Positions 27,401-38,691 are shown, counted from the stretch's first letter. The stretch: DNA of 64,000 bases from Candidatus Latescibacterota bacterium (GCA_020349025.1 CP070763.1:1158753-1222752); one strand, 5' to 3'. The notes: a model not told the origin generated them from the letters alone. Numbers and translations: made by a program.

Positions 27401-29263
27401 ATGAACCGCAAGCACCGGATCCACATCTGGTACATCTTCATCGCCATTTGGGGCATTCTGCTGCTGCACAATCTCCTCGTGACGTGGCGGCAGGTGGACC
27501 AGATCCCCTACAGCCAGTTCCAGGCCTACCTCGACGAAGGCAAGGTCGAGGAGATCAGCATCACCAGCACGCACATCCGCGGCTCGCTGAAGGATCCCCC
27601 CGAGGGCACGCGGAAACGCTTCATCACGGTGCGCGTCCAGCCCGACCTGGCGGACCAGCTCGCCGAGCACGAGGTGAAGTTCACCGGCGTGGTGGAGAGC
27701 ACCTGGCTGCGTGACCTGCTCTCCTGGGTGATCCCGATTCTCTTCTTCGTCGCCATCTGGATCTTCCTCATACGCCGCATGGTCCAGCGCTCCGGCGGTC
27801 TCGGCGGCGGCTTCATGTCGATCGGCAAGAGCAAGGCGAAGGTGTACGTCGAGGATGCGACCAAGGTCACCTTCGCCGACGTCGCCGGCGTCGACGAGGC
27901 GAAGGAGGAGCTGTACGAGATCATCGAGTTCCTGCGCGACCCGCGCCGCTACGGACGCCTCGGCGGTCGGTTGCCAAAGGGGATCCTGCTCGTGGGTCCA
28001 CCCGGAACCGGCAAAACGCTGCTGGCGCGCGCGACGGCGGGTGAGGCGGGTGTGCCCTTCTTCTCGATCAGCGGCTCGGAGTTCGTCGAGATGTTCGTGG
28101 GTGTCGGCGCCGCGCGCGTTCGTGACCTGTTCGAGCAGGCGGTGAAACGTGCCCCCGCGATCATCTTCATCGACGAGCTGGATGCGCTCGGTCGGGCGCG
28201 CGGATTGGGCCCGGTCGGCGGCGGCCACGACGAGAAGGAGCAGACGCTGAACCAGCTGCTCGTGGAGATGGACGGCTTCGATCCGCACCAGGGGATGGTG
28301 ATCCTGGCCGCCACGAACCGCCCGGAGGTGCTCGATCCGGCCCTCCTGCGCGCAGGACGCTTCGATCGGCAGATTCTCGTCGACCGCCCCGACAAGATCG
28401 GTCGCGCCGCGATCCTGAACGTGCACCTGAAGAAGGTGCGCGTGGAGCCGGACGTCGACGTCGGTCAGATTGCGGCACTGACGCCCGGCTTCACGGGCGC
28501 CGATCTCGCGAATTTGGTGAACGAGGCGACGTTGCTGGCGACGCGGCGCAACGCGCAGACCGTGACGCTCGACGACTTCACGCGTGCGATCGAACGCATC
28601 ATCGCCGGCCTCGAGAAGAAGAATCGGCTGCTGAATGCGCACGAACGCGAGCGCGTGGCGTATCACGAAATGGGGCATGCGCTCGTTGCCATGGCGCTCC
28701 CCGGTTCGGATCCCGTGCACAAGGTCTCGATCATCCCGCGCGGGATCGGCGCGCTCGGCTACACGATCCAGCGCCCGACCGAGGATCGCTACCTCATGTC
28801 GCGTGACGAGCTCGAAAACAAGATGGCCGTGCTTCTCGGCGGGCGCGTGGCGGAGGCATTGGTGTTCGACGACATCTCCACGGGAGCTGCCGACGATCTC
28901 GCCAAGGCCACCGACATCGCGCGCAGCATGGTGACGCGTTACGGGATGTACGAGAAGCTCGGCCTGGCGACGTACGAGGAGACCCCGACTCCCTTCCTGC
29001 CGGGGGTACCCGCCATGCCGCGCGAGCGCCAGTTCAGCGAGGAGACGGCGCGCGAGATCGACTGCGCCGTGCGCGACATGCTCAAGCGCGCCTTCGACGC
29101 GGCCCGACACATTCTGCAGGAGAACCGCGAGGCGCTCGATGCTGGAGCGCGCAACCTTCTCGACAAGGAAACGCTCACCGCCGACGAGCTGCCGCGGGTG
29201 GCTCAGGTGGTCCTCCAGGCCCGACCCCCCACCCTCCCGCCCTCCGACCACGCAAGCCGTTGA
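27401..29263 (+). CDS. ftsH: ATP-dependent zinc metalloprotease FtsH
   Basis: Two TM; Walker A 'GPPGTGKT', 'FVEMFVG', 'IIFIDELDA', SRH '[10 protein letters not shown]', zinc motif 'HEMGH'. Confidence 0.96.
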   Translation: MNRKHRIHIWYIFIAIWGILLLHNLLVTWRQVDQIPYSQFQAYLDEGKVEEISITSTHIRGSLKDPPEGTRKRFITVRVQPDLADQLAEHEVKFTGVVESTWLRDLLSWVIPILFFVAIWIFLIRRMVQRSGGLGGGFMSIGKSKAKVYVEDATKVTFADVAGVDEAKEELYEIIEFLRDPRRYGRLGGRLPKGILLVGPPGTGKTLLARATAGEAGVPFFSISGSEFVEMFVGVGAARVRDLFEQAVKRAPAIIFIDELDALGRARGLGPVGGGHDEKEQTLNQLLVEMDGFDPHQGMVILAATNRPEVLDPALLRAGRFDRQILVDRPDKIGRAAILNVHLKKVRVEPDVDVGQIAALTPGFTGADLANLVNEATLLATRRNAQTVTLDDFTRAIERIIAGLEKKNRLLNAHERERVAYHEMGHALVAMALPGSDPVHKVSIIPRGIGALGYTIQRPTEDRYLMSRDELENKMAVLLGGRVAEALVFDDISTGAADDLAKATDIARSMVTRYGMYEKLGLATYEETPTPFLPGVPAMPRERQFSEETAREIDCAVRDMLKRAFDAARHILQENREALDAGARNLLDKETLTADELPRVAQVVLQARPPTLPPSDHASR

Positions 29264-29418
29264 TTTCAAGACATTTCGAATCTGAACAGGTTGTTTATCG
29301 GAGCGGTCTAACCAGGTGGTGAAACCTGGAGGGCGCGGCGACGTAGAAAGGTGCGAAGTGCCCCGGTTCGGTGCAGGCTGCCCCACCCAGGCGAAAGCCC
29401 CAGGCGAAAGGGAAACGG

Positions 29419-30069
29419 ATGGTGAATGCATCGGTCGAGAGCTCGGGCGAGAGTGAGCGCCGGCTCCTGGAGGCCGCCGAGGCGGTGTTCGCCGAGCGTG
29501 GCTACCACGCGGCTTCGACCACGGAGATCGCAAAGCGGGCCGGCCTCAACAAGACGCTCATCCACTACTACTTCCGCTCCAAGGAGGGGTTGTACCGCGC
29601 CTTGATGCAGCGGATCTCCCGGCAGCTGGCACCGTTTCTCGAGGACTTTTCGATCACCGATCCGCTCGAGGCGCTTGCGGCGGCAACGCGCCGCTACATC
29701 CGGCTCCTGGCCGACAACCCGAGATACGTGCGCCTGTGCGCCTACAGCAGCCTCGAGGGCATCCAGATCATGGGGGACGAGGAGATGCACGAGCGCCTGG
29801 TGGCCGCAGCGAACTCGGCGATCCAGCGTGGCGTGGATCAAGGCGTCTTCCGGTCCGAGGACCCGCGCCACGTGCTGGCGAGCGTCGAGGGGATGTGTCG
29901 CTTCTTCTTCGAGCACGAGGACGCCATGCGCGAGCAGTGGGGCGACTCCTACGAGCGTGAGCGCATCGTCCAGGAGCGCTGCGATCACGTCGTCCGCATC
30001 CTCACCGAGGGGCTGGCGTGGTGTCCAGATGTGCGCGCCGATCAGTCGGAAGCGAAGGGATCCCGATGA
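29419..30069 (+). CDS. TetR/AcrR family transcriptional regulator
   Basis: 'RLLEAAEAVFAERGYHAASTTEIAKRAGLNKTLIHYYFRSKEGLY'. Confidence 0.93.
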   Translation: MVNASVESSGESERRLLEAAEAVFAERGYHAASTTEIAKRAGLNKTLIHYYFRSKEGLYRALMQRISRQLAPFLEDFSITDPLEALAAATRRYIRLLADNPRYVRLCAYSSLEGIQIMGDEEMHERLVAAANSAIQRGVDQGVFRSEDPRHVLASVEGMCRFFFEHEDAMREQWGDSYERERIVQERCDHVVRILTEGLAWCPDVRADQSEAKGSR

Positions 30070-31550
30070 AGCGACAAGACGTCCGCTGGCTCTTTCCCCT
30101 GTTCATACTCATCAGCCTCGGGAGCGCCACTCGAACGCCGGCGCAGGAAAGCGAGTCGCGAGCGGCGACCTCCACCCTGCGTTCGATGACGCTCACATCC
30201 TGCATCCAGTTCGCGATCCAGAACAGCCGCGACCTGGTGGGCTCGCGCCTCGGTCTCGAGGTGGCCAACAAGCAGGTCCGGGAGGCGTGGGGCGAGGTGC
30301 TGCCTCAGGTCGATGCCAACTTCAACTACATCCGCAACCTGACGGATCAGAGCGCCTTCCTGCCCGCAATCATCCTCGACCCGAACGCCGATCCGAACGC
30401 CGTCATCCCGGTGCAGTTTGCAGGCGACAACATCTGGGCCAGCGTGGTGACGTTCGAGCAACCGCTCTTCCAGGCGGAAGCGTTCATCGGTGTGGGCGCG
30501 GCGGGACGCTTCCGCTCGCTGCAAACCGAGCGTGTCCGCGGCACCGCCCACGCCACGGTCATGAACGTGCGCATCTTCTACTACGAGACGCTCCTGGCGC
30601 GCGACGAGATCCGGCTCCTGCAGGAGAGCATCGAGCGCGTGGAGACGACTCTCGCCGGTGCGCGAGGCTTGCAGGCAGCCGGCCTCGGCAGCAGCTACGA
30701 CGTGCTCCGGCTCGAGGTGGAGCTGGCCAAGTTGGTGCCGAATCGCCAGCGGGCGCAGAACCGACTGCTGGAGGCGAAGCGCAACCTGAAGGTCTTGATG
30801 GGGATGGACGTGGGCCAGGCGATCGCGGTGTCCGGCTCGCTCCTCACCATCGATCTCGAGGACCTGGACGCCAACGCCGCGGCGGAACGCGAGCTGATCG
30901 ACGTCGTCGGTGTGCGTGTGGGCGACGGGAGCGGTTTGGAGGAGATCCTCGAGCTCGCGCGCCAGAACCGTTCCGAGCTGCTGCAGGCGCGACTCGACAC
31001 CCAGCTGGCCGACACGCAGCTCAAGGCGGAGCGTGCGACGGTGTATCCTAGGCTCATGGCGTTCGCGGCCTACCGCATCGACGCGCAGGAGAACGATAGC
31101 CCCGACTTCTTTGGCGACTCGAGGCAACGCGTGACGAACTGGCAGGCGGGACTGCGGCTCGAGGTGCCGATCTTCTCCGGCGGCTCGCGCTGGGCGCGGA
31201 TCTCGCAGCGCAAGTATCAGCTGGATCAGGTTCGCACACGTGAAGCGCTGACGGAGCAGGAGGTGGAGAACCAGGTGCGCTCGCTGGTAGCACGGATTCT
31301 CGAAGCGTATCAGCGCGCACGGGCGCAGCGGCGCGCGGTCGCGCAGGCTCAACGCGGCTTCGAGATCGCTTCGGCCGAGTTCACGAATGGGCTCGGCACC
31401 CAGATCAACGCCACGGACGCCGAGGTGGCGTTGCGCGAGGCGGAGTTCGACTACGCCGAGTCCGTCTTCGACCTGCTCGTTGCGCGTGCGCAGCTCGACA
31501 CCGCAGCGGGAATCGTTCCGTTCGTCGATCCGATCGAGGAGGGGTCGTGA
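30066..31550 (+). CDS. TolC family outer-membrane efflux protein
   Basis: Signal peptide; OEP coiled-coil repeats; 'GLRLEVPIFSGG'; ATGA overlap. Confidence 0.9.
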   Translation: MKRQDVRWLFPLFILISLGSATRTPAQESESRAATSTLRSMTLTSCIQFAIQNSRDLVGSRLGLEVANKQVREAWGEVLPQVDANFNYIRNLTDQSAFLPAIILDPNADPNAVIPVQFAGDNIWASVVTFEQPLFQAEAFIGVGAAGRFRSLQTERVRGTAHATVMNVRIFYYETLLARDEIRLLQESIERVETTLAGARGLQAAGLGSSYDVLRLEVELAKLVPNRQRAQNRLLEAKRNLKVLMGMDVGQAIAVSGSLLTIDLEDLDANAAAERELIDVVGVRVGDGSGLEEILELARQNRSELLQARLDTQLADTQLKAERATVYPRLMAFAAYRIDAQENDSPDFFGDSRQRVTNWQAGLRLEVPIFSGGSRWARISQRKYQLDQVRTREALTEQEVENQVRSLVARILEAYQRARAQRRAVAQAQRGFEIASAEFTNGLGTQINATDAEVALREAEFDYAESVFDLLVARAQLDTAAGIVPFVDPIEEGS

Positions 31551-32692
31551 TGGCGGCGACGTCGAGTCGGAAAGCGGGGAGGGTCGCGCCTGCGGTGCTT
31601 CCCATCGCCGCGCTCGCGCTTCTGCTCCTCGTTTCCGCTTGCGGGAAGACGCAGGGTGAACAGCCGGACGCGGCGGCGACCAGCGAGACCGACGAGTTCG
31701 TGAAGATCATCAACGTCGAGGTGGAGAACCTCCTGCCCACCGCGTTCGAGGAGTTCATCCGTCTGACCGGAACCGTCAAGGCGGAGAACGACGTCATTCT
31801 GAGCGCGGAGGAGTCGGGTCGGGTCGTGCGCTTCTTCGCCGACAAGGGGGATGCGATCCGTCGAGGTCAGCCGATCGCCAAGATCGACGACGCCATCATG
31901 CGTGCCACGGTGGCCGCGGCGGAAGCGGAGTCGGCGCTCGCCGCCGAGTCGTACGAGCGTCAGCGTGAGGTGTGGGAAGAGGAGCGGATCGGCACCGAGC
32001 TCACCTACTTGGAGAAGAAGCGCCGGGCTGCTCAGGCCGCTGCCCGGCTGCAGCTCCTGCGCACGCGACTCGCGCACACGACCGTGCGGGCGCCCTTCGA
32101 TGGCACGATCGAGGCACGCTACATCGACGCCGGCGAGATGGCGTCGATCGGTGCGCCGGTCGTGCGTGTCTTGAGCACGAGCGAGCTCAAGGTGGAAGTG
32201 GGCGTACCGGAGCGCTTTGCTCCGGACGTGCGTGTCGGAACGCGCGTGCACATCGTCTTCGACGTGCTGCGCGGTGTCGAGCTGGAGGGTCGCGTGCGTT
32301 TCGCCGGCAACGCGGTGGACCCGGAGAACCGCACCTTCCCGATCGAGATCGCTCTGGAGGACCCGCAGGGCGTGATCAAACCGGAGATGATCGCCAACGT
32401 CCGCGTCGTGCGCCACGAGCTCGAGAACGTGATCGTGGCCCCGCAGCAGGCTTTGCGACAGGCCGAGGATGGATTCGTGGCGTACGTGGCGGTCGAAAGG
32501 GAGGAGGGTGCGTTCGCCGAGGAGCGCCACCTCGTGCTCGGCCCGCACTACGCCGATCGTGTGGTCGTCGAGGAGGGCCTGCGTTCGGGTGATCGTCTCA
32601 TCACTCGGGGTCAGATGCTCGTCGCGGAGGGAAGCCGCATCCGCATCGTCGAGCCCATGACCCGGAACGGCAGCGCCGGGGTGAACCCATGA
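31547..32692 (+). CDS. RND efflux periplasmic adaptor (MFP), lipoprotein
   Basis: Lipobox 'VSAC'; 'VRAPFDG', 'VDPENRTF', 'IKPEMIANV'. Confidence 0.92.
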   Translation: MMAATSSRKAGRVAPAVLPIAALALLLLVSACGKTQGEQPDAAATSETDEFVKIINVEVENLLPTAFEEFIRLTGTVKAENDVILSAEESGRVVRFFADKGDAIRRGQPIAKIDDAIMRATVAAAEAESALAAESYERQREVWEEERIGTELTYLEKKRRAAQAAARLQLLRTRLAHTTVRAPFDGTIEARYIDAGEMASIGAPVVRVLSTSELKVEVGVPERFAPDVRVGTRVHIVFDVLRGVELEGRVRFAGNAVDPENRTFPIEIALEDPQGVIKPEMIANVRVVRHELENVIVAPQQALRQAEDGFVAYVAVEREEGAFAEERHLVLGPHYADRVVVEEGLRSGDRLITRGQMLVAEGSRIRIVEPMTRNGSAGVNP

Positions 32693-35600
32693 AACGAGGG
32701 CATGGCGCACACCGCGAGTTCTGGCTCAGCAACTTCGCGATCCGGCACCGCACGAGCGTGCTCTTCGGGATGATCGTCATCCTGCTGATGGGCGCCTGGA
32801 CCTACATGACGCTGCCGAAGGAGGCAGCGCCCGAGATCGAGATCCCCTTCCTGGTGGTCAATACCGTCTACCCCGGTGTCGCGCCCGAGGACATCGAGAC
32901 CCTGATCACGCGCCACATCGAAGAGGAGCTCAACACGCTCAAGGACGTCAAGGAGATCACCTCGACGTCGGTCGAGGGCTACTCGTCGATCTCGGTCGAG
33001 TTCAACACGGGTGTGAACATCGACGACGCGCTGCAGAAGGTACGCGACAAGGTGGACCTGGCCAAGCCGGACCTGCCCACGGAAGCGGAGGAGCCGCAGA
33101 TCTTCGAGTTCAACTTCGCCGAGTTTCCGATCATGCAGGTCAACGTGTCGGGGCGTTACGACCTCGTCCGCCTCAAAGAGCTGGCGGAGGATCTGAAGGA
33201 CGAGCTCGAGCAGATTCCCGAGGTCCTGGAGGTGAGCCTCTCGGGCGGTCTCGAGCGCGAGGTGCAGGTGCAGGTCGAGCTGGCGAAGCTGAAGTACTAC
33301 GGCCTCTCCTTCCCCGACGTCATCGACGCAATCAGCTTCGAGAACGTCACCTTCCCCGGCGGCAACATCGAGGTCGGCGACATCAAGTTCCTGGTGCGCA
33401 TCCCGGGCGAGTTCGACCGTACCGAGCCGATCAACGACGTCGTGATCACGACGCTGAACGGACGTCCCGTTTACGTACGCGACGTGGCCAACGTGGAGTT
33501 CGGTTTCAAGGATCGCGACAGCTACGCCCGCCTCAACCACAACTCGGTCGTGACCCTCTCCGTGATCAAGCGCTCGGGCGAGAACATCATCGAGACGGCG
33601 GCCGCCGTGAACGCGGTCATCGACGAGATGCGTCCCGATTTTCCACCCACGACTGAGATCCACATCACCGCCGACATGTCCGACGACGTGCAAGAGATGG
33701 TGAGCAGCCTGGAGAACAACATCATTTCGGGGCTGCTTCTCGTGCTTGCGGTTCTGATGTTTTTCCTCGGCGTCCGCAACGCCGGGTTCGTGGCGATCTC
33801 GATTCCGCTGTCGATGTTCCTCTCGTTCCTGGTGATCCAGGCGCTGGGAATGACGATCAACTTCGTCATCCTCTTCAGCCTCATCCTGGCGCTCGGGATG
33901 CTCGTGGACAACGCCGTCGTCGTGGTGGAGAACATCTACCGCCACCTGGAACAGGGCTACTCGAACTTCGACGCCGCGCGCAAAGCTACGGGCGAGGTGG
34001 CGATGCCGATCATTGCATCGACATTCACCACGCTCGCAGCGTTCACACCGCTTCTCTTCTGGCCCGGAATCGTCGGGGAGTTCATGGGCTACCTGCCTCG
34101 AACTCTGATCATCACGCTGTCGTCGTCGCTCTTCGTGGCGCTCACGATCATCCCGACGCTGTGTGCTCTCTTCCTGCGTGTCGAGAGGGGCGAGAGGCGC
34201 CAGCCGCTGCGCCGCGCCGCGCGCTGGACTCTGATCGTCGGGGCTGCGCTCTTTTTGTTGATCGTGGCCAGCGTTAACCCGCTGACGGCGCCACTCTTCA
34301 TGATCACGGCACTCGTCGCGGTTCTGGTGCACTATCTCGTCCTGCGGCACGCGGCCGCCTGGGTCGTCGGGCGTTTCCTTCCGCTTGCGATTCGCTTCTA
34401 CGAGAAGAGACTGCAGTGGGCGCTGCGCCATCGCGCCCTCACGATGGCAGGCACCGTCGCTCTTCTCGTTCTGAGCATCATGGCGTACGGACGCTTCGGC
34501 AAAGGCGTCGTGTTCTTCCCGGACGACGTGCCTCCCGCGATGGCGTACGTGCAGGTGGAGACCCCGGTGGGAACGGTGACCGAGGTCACCGACGACATCG
34601 TGCAGCAGATCGAAGGGCGCATCGACGACGTGCCGGGGCGCGGCGACGTCGAGACCATCGTGGCCACGACCGGCTCCAGAATCACCAACGACTTCGGCCA
34701 GAACAACGGCACGCACCTCGCCACGGTGACGGTGAACTTCATCGACTACCAGGACCGCGGCCACGACGCGTTCGATGTCATCGAGGAGATGCGCAACAGC
34801 ATGAGCACGGGCATCGCCGGTGCCAAGATCAACGTGGAGAAGCCGCAGGATGGCCCGCCGACGGGCGCCCCGGTGAACATCGAGATCGCCGGGGAAGACC
34901 CCGACGTGCTGCAGCAAATCTCCGACGACCTGATGGCCGTTCTGGAGAACTCGCCTGTCTACGGCAAGCTCGATGGGTTGAAGAGCAATCTGGACGCGGC
35001 GCGCCCGGAGCTCGTCATCGACGTCGATCGGGAGCGAGCGGCGCTGTACAACCTCACGACAACCGACATCGGCTCCACCATCCGCAGCGCGATCAACGGC
35101 TTCGAGGCCTCCAAGTTCCGCGATGGCGAGGACGAATACGACATCGTGGTGCGCCTGTCGGAGGAGGATCGCAGCGATCTGAACACGCTCGCCGACCTTA
35201 CCGTGGTCGACGAAATGGGGCGCCAGATCCCGCTGAGCTCGATGGCCACGTGGCGCGTGGGCTCCTCCTACGCTGGCATCAACCGGCTCGACCTCGAGCG
35301 CGTCGTGCAGGTTTCGGCCGACGTGCGCGCCGGCCACAACGCCGCAGCCACACTGGCGGAGGTGCAAACGACCCTGGAGGAGTTCGTCGCCGCACTGCCG
35401 CCGGGGTACAACGTGCGTTACACCGGTGAATCGGAGGAGCAGGCGGAAGCTTCTGAGTTCTTGACGCGTGCTTTCGTCACCGCGCTCATCCTCATCTTCT
35501 TCATCCTGATCAGCCAGTTCAACTCGGTCACGCGTCCGTTCATCATTCTGACCTCGGTGATCCTGTCGACGGTCGGTGTGCTGCTCGGCCTCATCGTGTT

Positions 35601-36171
35601 CCAGATGCCGTTTGGCGTCATCATGACGGGAATCGGTGTGATCAGTCTGGCTGGGATCGTGGTCAACAACAGCATCGTGTTGATCGACTACATCCAGCTG
35701 CTGCGCGAGCGCGATGGCCTGGGACGTTTCGAATCGCTGGTCCAGGGCGGCAAGACGCGTTTCCGCCCCGTCATCTTGACGGCGGTCACGACCGTTCTCG
35801 GTCTGGTACCGCTCGCGGTGGGCTTGAACTTCGACTTCATCGGCCTCTACGGCAGCCTGAGCCCAGAGCTCTACTGGGGAGGGGAGCAGGCCGCGTGGTG
35901 GGGCCCAATGGCGATCGCGGTGATCGTGGGGCTCAGCTTCGCCACGTTCCTGACCCTGATCCTGGTGCCCGTGATGATCTCGATCCAGGATGGCGTCGAA
36001 GACTTCTTCCGTCGCCACTACACGCACGCAGCGATGGAGCCTGCAGCGCCCGTCGAGGTCGAGCCGGACGCGGACGAGCTCGGCGAAGCGGCTGCGCCCG
36101 CCGCGGACCCGGAGCCGGCGGGGGCGAGCAAGCTGGCGTGGCTGCGCATGCTGGGGCGCCGGGAGGTGTGA
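32689..36171 (+). CDS. RND efflux permease (AcrB/CzcA superfamily)
   Basis: 'GMLVDNAVVVVENIYR', 'GIVVNNSIVLID', 'TRFRPVILT'; 12+ TM with two large periplasmic loops. Confidence 0.94.
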   Translation: MKRGHGAHREFWLSNFAIRHRTSVLFGMIVILLMGAWTYMTLPKEAAPEIEIPFLVVNTVYPGVAPEDIETLITRHIEEELNTLKDVKEITSTSVEGYSSISVEFNTGVNIDDALQKVRDKVDLAKPDLPTEAEEPQIFEFNFAEFPIMQVNVSGRYDLVRLKELAEDLKDELEQIPEVLEVSLSGGLEREVQVQVELAKLKYYGLSFPDVIDAISFENVTFPGGNIEVGDIKFLVRIPGEFDRTEPINDVVITTLNGRPVYVRDVANVEFGFKDRDSYARLNHNSVVTLSVIKRSGENIIETAAAVNAVIDEMRPDFPPTTEIHITADMSDDVQEMVSSLENNIISGLLLVLAVLMFFLGVRNAGFVAISIPLSMFLSFLVIQALGMTINFVILFSLILALGMLVDNAVVVVENIYRHLEQGYSNFDAARKATGEVAMPIIASTFTTLAAFTPLLFWPGIVGEFMGYLPRTLIITLSSSLFVALTIIPTLCALFLRVERGERRQPLRRAARWTLIVGAALFLLIVASVNPLTAPLFMITALVAVLVHYLVLRHAAAWVVGRFLPLAIRFYEKRLQWALRHRALTMAGTVALLVLSIMAYGRFGKGVVFFPDDVPPAMAYVQVETPVGTVTEVTDDIVQQIEGRIDDVPGRGDVETIVATTGSRITNDFGQNNGTHLATVTVNFIDYQDRGHDAFDVIEEMRNSMSTGIAGAKINVEKPQDGPPTGAPVNIEIAGEDPDVLQQISDDLMAVLENSPVYGKLDGLKSNLDAARPELVIDVDRERAALYNLTTTDIGSTIRSAINGFEASKFRDGEDEYDIVVRLSEEDRSDLNTLADLTVVDEMGRQIPLSSMATWRVGSSYAGINRLDLERVVQVSADVRAGHNAAATLAEVQTTLEEFVAALPPGYNVRYTGESEEQAEASEFLTRAFVTALILIFFILISQFNSVTRPFIILTSVILSTVGVLLGLIVFQMPFGVIMTGIGVISLAGIVVNNSIVLIDYIQLLRERDGLGRFESLVQGGKTRFRPVILTAVTTVLGLVPLAVGLNFDFIGLYGSLSPELYWGGEQAAWWGPMAIAVIVGLSFATFLTLILVPVMISIQDGVEDFFRRHYTHAAMEPAAPVEVEPDADELGEAAAPAADPEPAGASKLAWLRMLGRREV

Positions 36172-36743
36172 TGCCGAAACGCTGCGAGTGGGCTGGCAGC
36201 GACCCGCTGTATGTCGAGTACCACGACAGCGAGTGGGGCGTGCCGCTTCACGACGAGCGTGCGCTCTTCGAGTTTCTCATCCTCGAAGGGGCGCAAGCGG
36301 GGCTCAGCTGGATCACCATCCTGCGCAAACGCGAGAACTATCGCAAGGCCTTCGCCGGGTTCGACGCGCGCAAGGTGGCGCGCTTCGACGGTCGCAAAGT
36401 CGAACGCCTGTTGCGCGACGAGGGCATCATCCGCAACCGCCAGAAGATCGAAGCCGCGATTGCCAACGCGCGCGCGTTTCTGCAGGTGCAGAAGCAGTTC
36501 GGCTCCTTCGACACCTACATCTGGAACTTCGTCGACGGCAGCCCGATCCGAAACAGGTGGCGACAGATGTCCCAGCTCCCGGCGAAGACGCCGCTTTCCG
36601 AGACCATCTCCAAGGATCTCAAGCAACGCGGCTTCAAGTTCGTGGGGCCGACGATCGTCTACGCGCACATGCAAGCCACCGGCATGGTGAACGATCACGT
36701 CGTCGGATGCTTTCGGCACAAGCTCGTTGCAAGTATGATCTGA
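36171..36743 (+). CDS. tag: DNA-3-methyladenine glycosylase I
   Basis: 'RCEWA..DPLY..YHD.EWG', 'LEGAQAGLSWITIL.KRENYR.AF', 'GFKFVGPT..YA.MQA.GMVNDH...CF'; TGATG overlap. Confidence 0.95.
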   Translation: MPKRCEWAGSDPLYVEYHDSEWGVPLHDERALFEFLILEGAQAGLSWITILRKRENYRKAFAGFDARKVARFDGRKVERLLRDEGIIRNRQKIEAAIANARAFLQVQKQFGSFDTYIWNFVDGSPIRNRWRQMSQLPAKTPLSETISKDLKQRGFKFVGPTIVYAHMQATGMVNDHVVGCFRHKLVASMI

Positions 36744-36768
36744 AACCGTTTGAACCTGGGGGTCGGCC

Positions 36769-38679
36769 ATGCGCCAGCGACTTTGCCTCGTGGGTCTTCT
36801 CGCCGCCGTGCTCATGCTGGCTCACAGCGTGGGCCTCGCTCAAGGCGTGCGGGATGTGCCGCAGTACACGATCGAGGATTTCCTCGGAACCACTGCCATG
36901 TTTGGTGCCTCTTTCTCGCCCGACGAGAGCAAGATTCTCGTGAGCAGCGATCAGAGCGGCATCTTCAACGCCTTCGCGATTCCGGTGGATGGCAGCAAGC
37001 CGATCCAGCTCACGAACTCCTCGAGCAATGCGATCTACATCCAGTCCTATTTTCCGACAGACGAGCGCTTCATCTTCGAGAGCGACGAAGAGGGGAACGA
37101 GCTCACCCACGTCTACGTGCGCGAGCTGGATGGTTCCTCCACCGACATCACGCCCGGGGAGAAGCTGAAGGCCAACTTCGAATCCTGGGCGCACGACAAG
37201 GCTTCTTTCTTCGTCAGCACCAACGAACGCGACCGCCGCTACTTCGATCTCTACGAGTTTGCGGTGGATGGGTACGAACGCTCGCTGGTGTACGAGAACA
37301 CCGGCGGCTACGAGTTTGGACCCATCTCACGCGACAAGCGCTACCTGGCGCTGGTCAAACCGCACACGCGCACCAACTCCGACGTCTACGTGTACGACCG
37401 GCAGAGCGGCGAGCTGCGCCACGTGACGCCCCACGAGGGAGACGTTTCGAACCAGCCGCAAGAGTTCAGCGTGGACGGTCGCAGCCTCTTTCTCGTCACC
37501 GACGAGGGAGACGAATTCCGCTACCTCGTGCGCCACGACCTCGCAAGCGCCGAGCGCAAGGGGGTCGAAAAGCCGGGGTGGGATGTCTGGTCCGCCTCCT
37601 TGTCCGAAAGCGGGCGTTACCTCGTCGTCGCCGTCAACCGCGACGCGCGCACGGAGATGCGCGTGTACGAGACGGCGAACATGCAGCGCGTCGCGCTGCC
37701 GCAGCTGCCGAACGGGAACATCACGTCGGTGCGGATCTCGCGGCGCGAAGGGAAGATCGCCTTCTATCTGAACGGCAGCCGCGCTCCGAGCAACCTGTTC
37801 CTGCTCGACCTGGCGAGCCACGAGGCCACGCAGCTGACCCAGAACCTCAACCCCAAAGTGAATCCGGAGCACCTCGTCGACGCGCAGGTCGTACGCTTCG
37901 ACTCGTACGATGGCGTGGAGGTGCCGGGGCTTCTCTACCGGCCGCACGCAGCAGGGCCGGAGAGCAAGGCGCCGGCGCTCGTTTCCGTCCACGGCGGACC
38001 GGGAGGCCAGTCGCGCGAGGGCTACAACGCGCTGACCCAATACCTGGTGAACTCCGGCTACGTGGTCTACCGCATCAACAACCGCGGGAGCTCCGGCTAC
38101 GGCAAGACCTTCTTCAGCATGGACGACCGCAAGCATGGCGACGCCGACCTGGACGACTGCGTGGCCAGCAAGAAGTTCCTCGTCGACCAGGGCTACGTCG
38201 ATCCGGAGCGCATCGGCATCATCGGGGGCAGCTACGGTGGCTACATGGTTCTCGCAGCTCTGACGTTCCGACCCGATGCGTTCGAGGTGGGCATCGACAT
38301 CTTCGGCATCTCGAATTGGATGCGCACGCTCGAGAGCATTCCGCCCTGGTGGGAGGCGCGTCGGGTCGCACTCTACAAGGAGCTCGGCGATCCGGGGGTG
38401 GACCGCGATTATCTGCACGGGATCTCTCCCCTCTTCCACGCCGGCAACATTCGTAAGCCGTTGATGGTGCTGCAGGGTGCCAACGACCCGCGCGTGCATC
38501 AGGTGGAGTCGGACGAAATCGTCGCGGCCGCGCGCGCCAATGGCGTCGAGGTCGAGTATCTCGTTTTCGAGGATGAAGGGCACGGCTTCCGCAAGAAGGA
38601 GAATCGTCTGCGCGGCTACAGAGCGATTCGGGATTTCTGTGACAAACATCTGAAGGGTGCCGGCGTCGTCGCACGTTAG
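36769..38679 (+). CDS. S9 family (prolyl oligopeptidase-like) serine peptidase, secreted
   Basis: Beta-propeller N-domain; 'VHGGPG', nucleophile 'GGSYGG', 'QGANDPRV', 'DEGHGF'. Confidence 0.93.
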   Translation: MRQRLCLVGLLAAVLMLAHSVGLAQGVRDVPQYTIEDFLGTTAMFGASFSPDESKILVSSDQSGIFNAFAIPVDGSKPIQLTNSSSNAIYIQSYFPTDERFIFESDEEGNELTHVYVRELDGSSTDITPGEKLKANFESWAHDKASFFVSTNERDRRYFDLYEFAVDGYERSLVYENTGGYEFGPISRDKRYLALVKPHTRTNSDVYVYDRQSGELRHVTPHEGDVSNQPQEFSVDGRSLFLVTDEGDEFRYLVRHDLASAERKGVEKPGWDVWSASLSESGRYLVVAVNRDARTEMRVYETANMQRVALPQLPNGNITSVRISRREGKIAFYLNGSRAPSNLFLLDLASHEATQLTQNLNPKVNPEHLVDAQVVRFDSYDGVEVPGLLYRPHAAGPESKAPALVSVHGGPGGQSREGYNALTQYLVNSGYVVYRINNRGSSGYGKTFFSMDDRKHGDADLDDCVASKKFLVDQGYVDPERIGIIGGSYGGYMVLAALTFRPDAFEVGIDIFGISNWMRTLESIPPWWEARRVALYKELGDPGVDRDYLHGISPLFHAGNIRKPLMVLQGANDPRVHQVESDEIVAAARANGVEVEYLVFEDEGHGFRKKENRLRGYRAIRDFCDKHLKGAGVVAR

Positions 38680-38691
38680 GGAATGTTCCTG

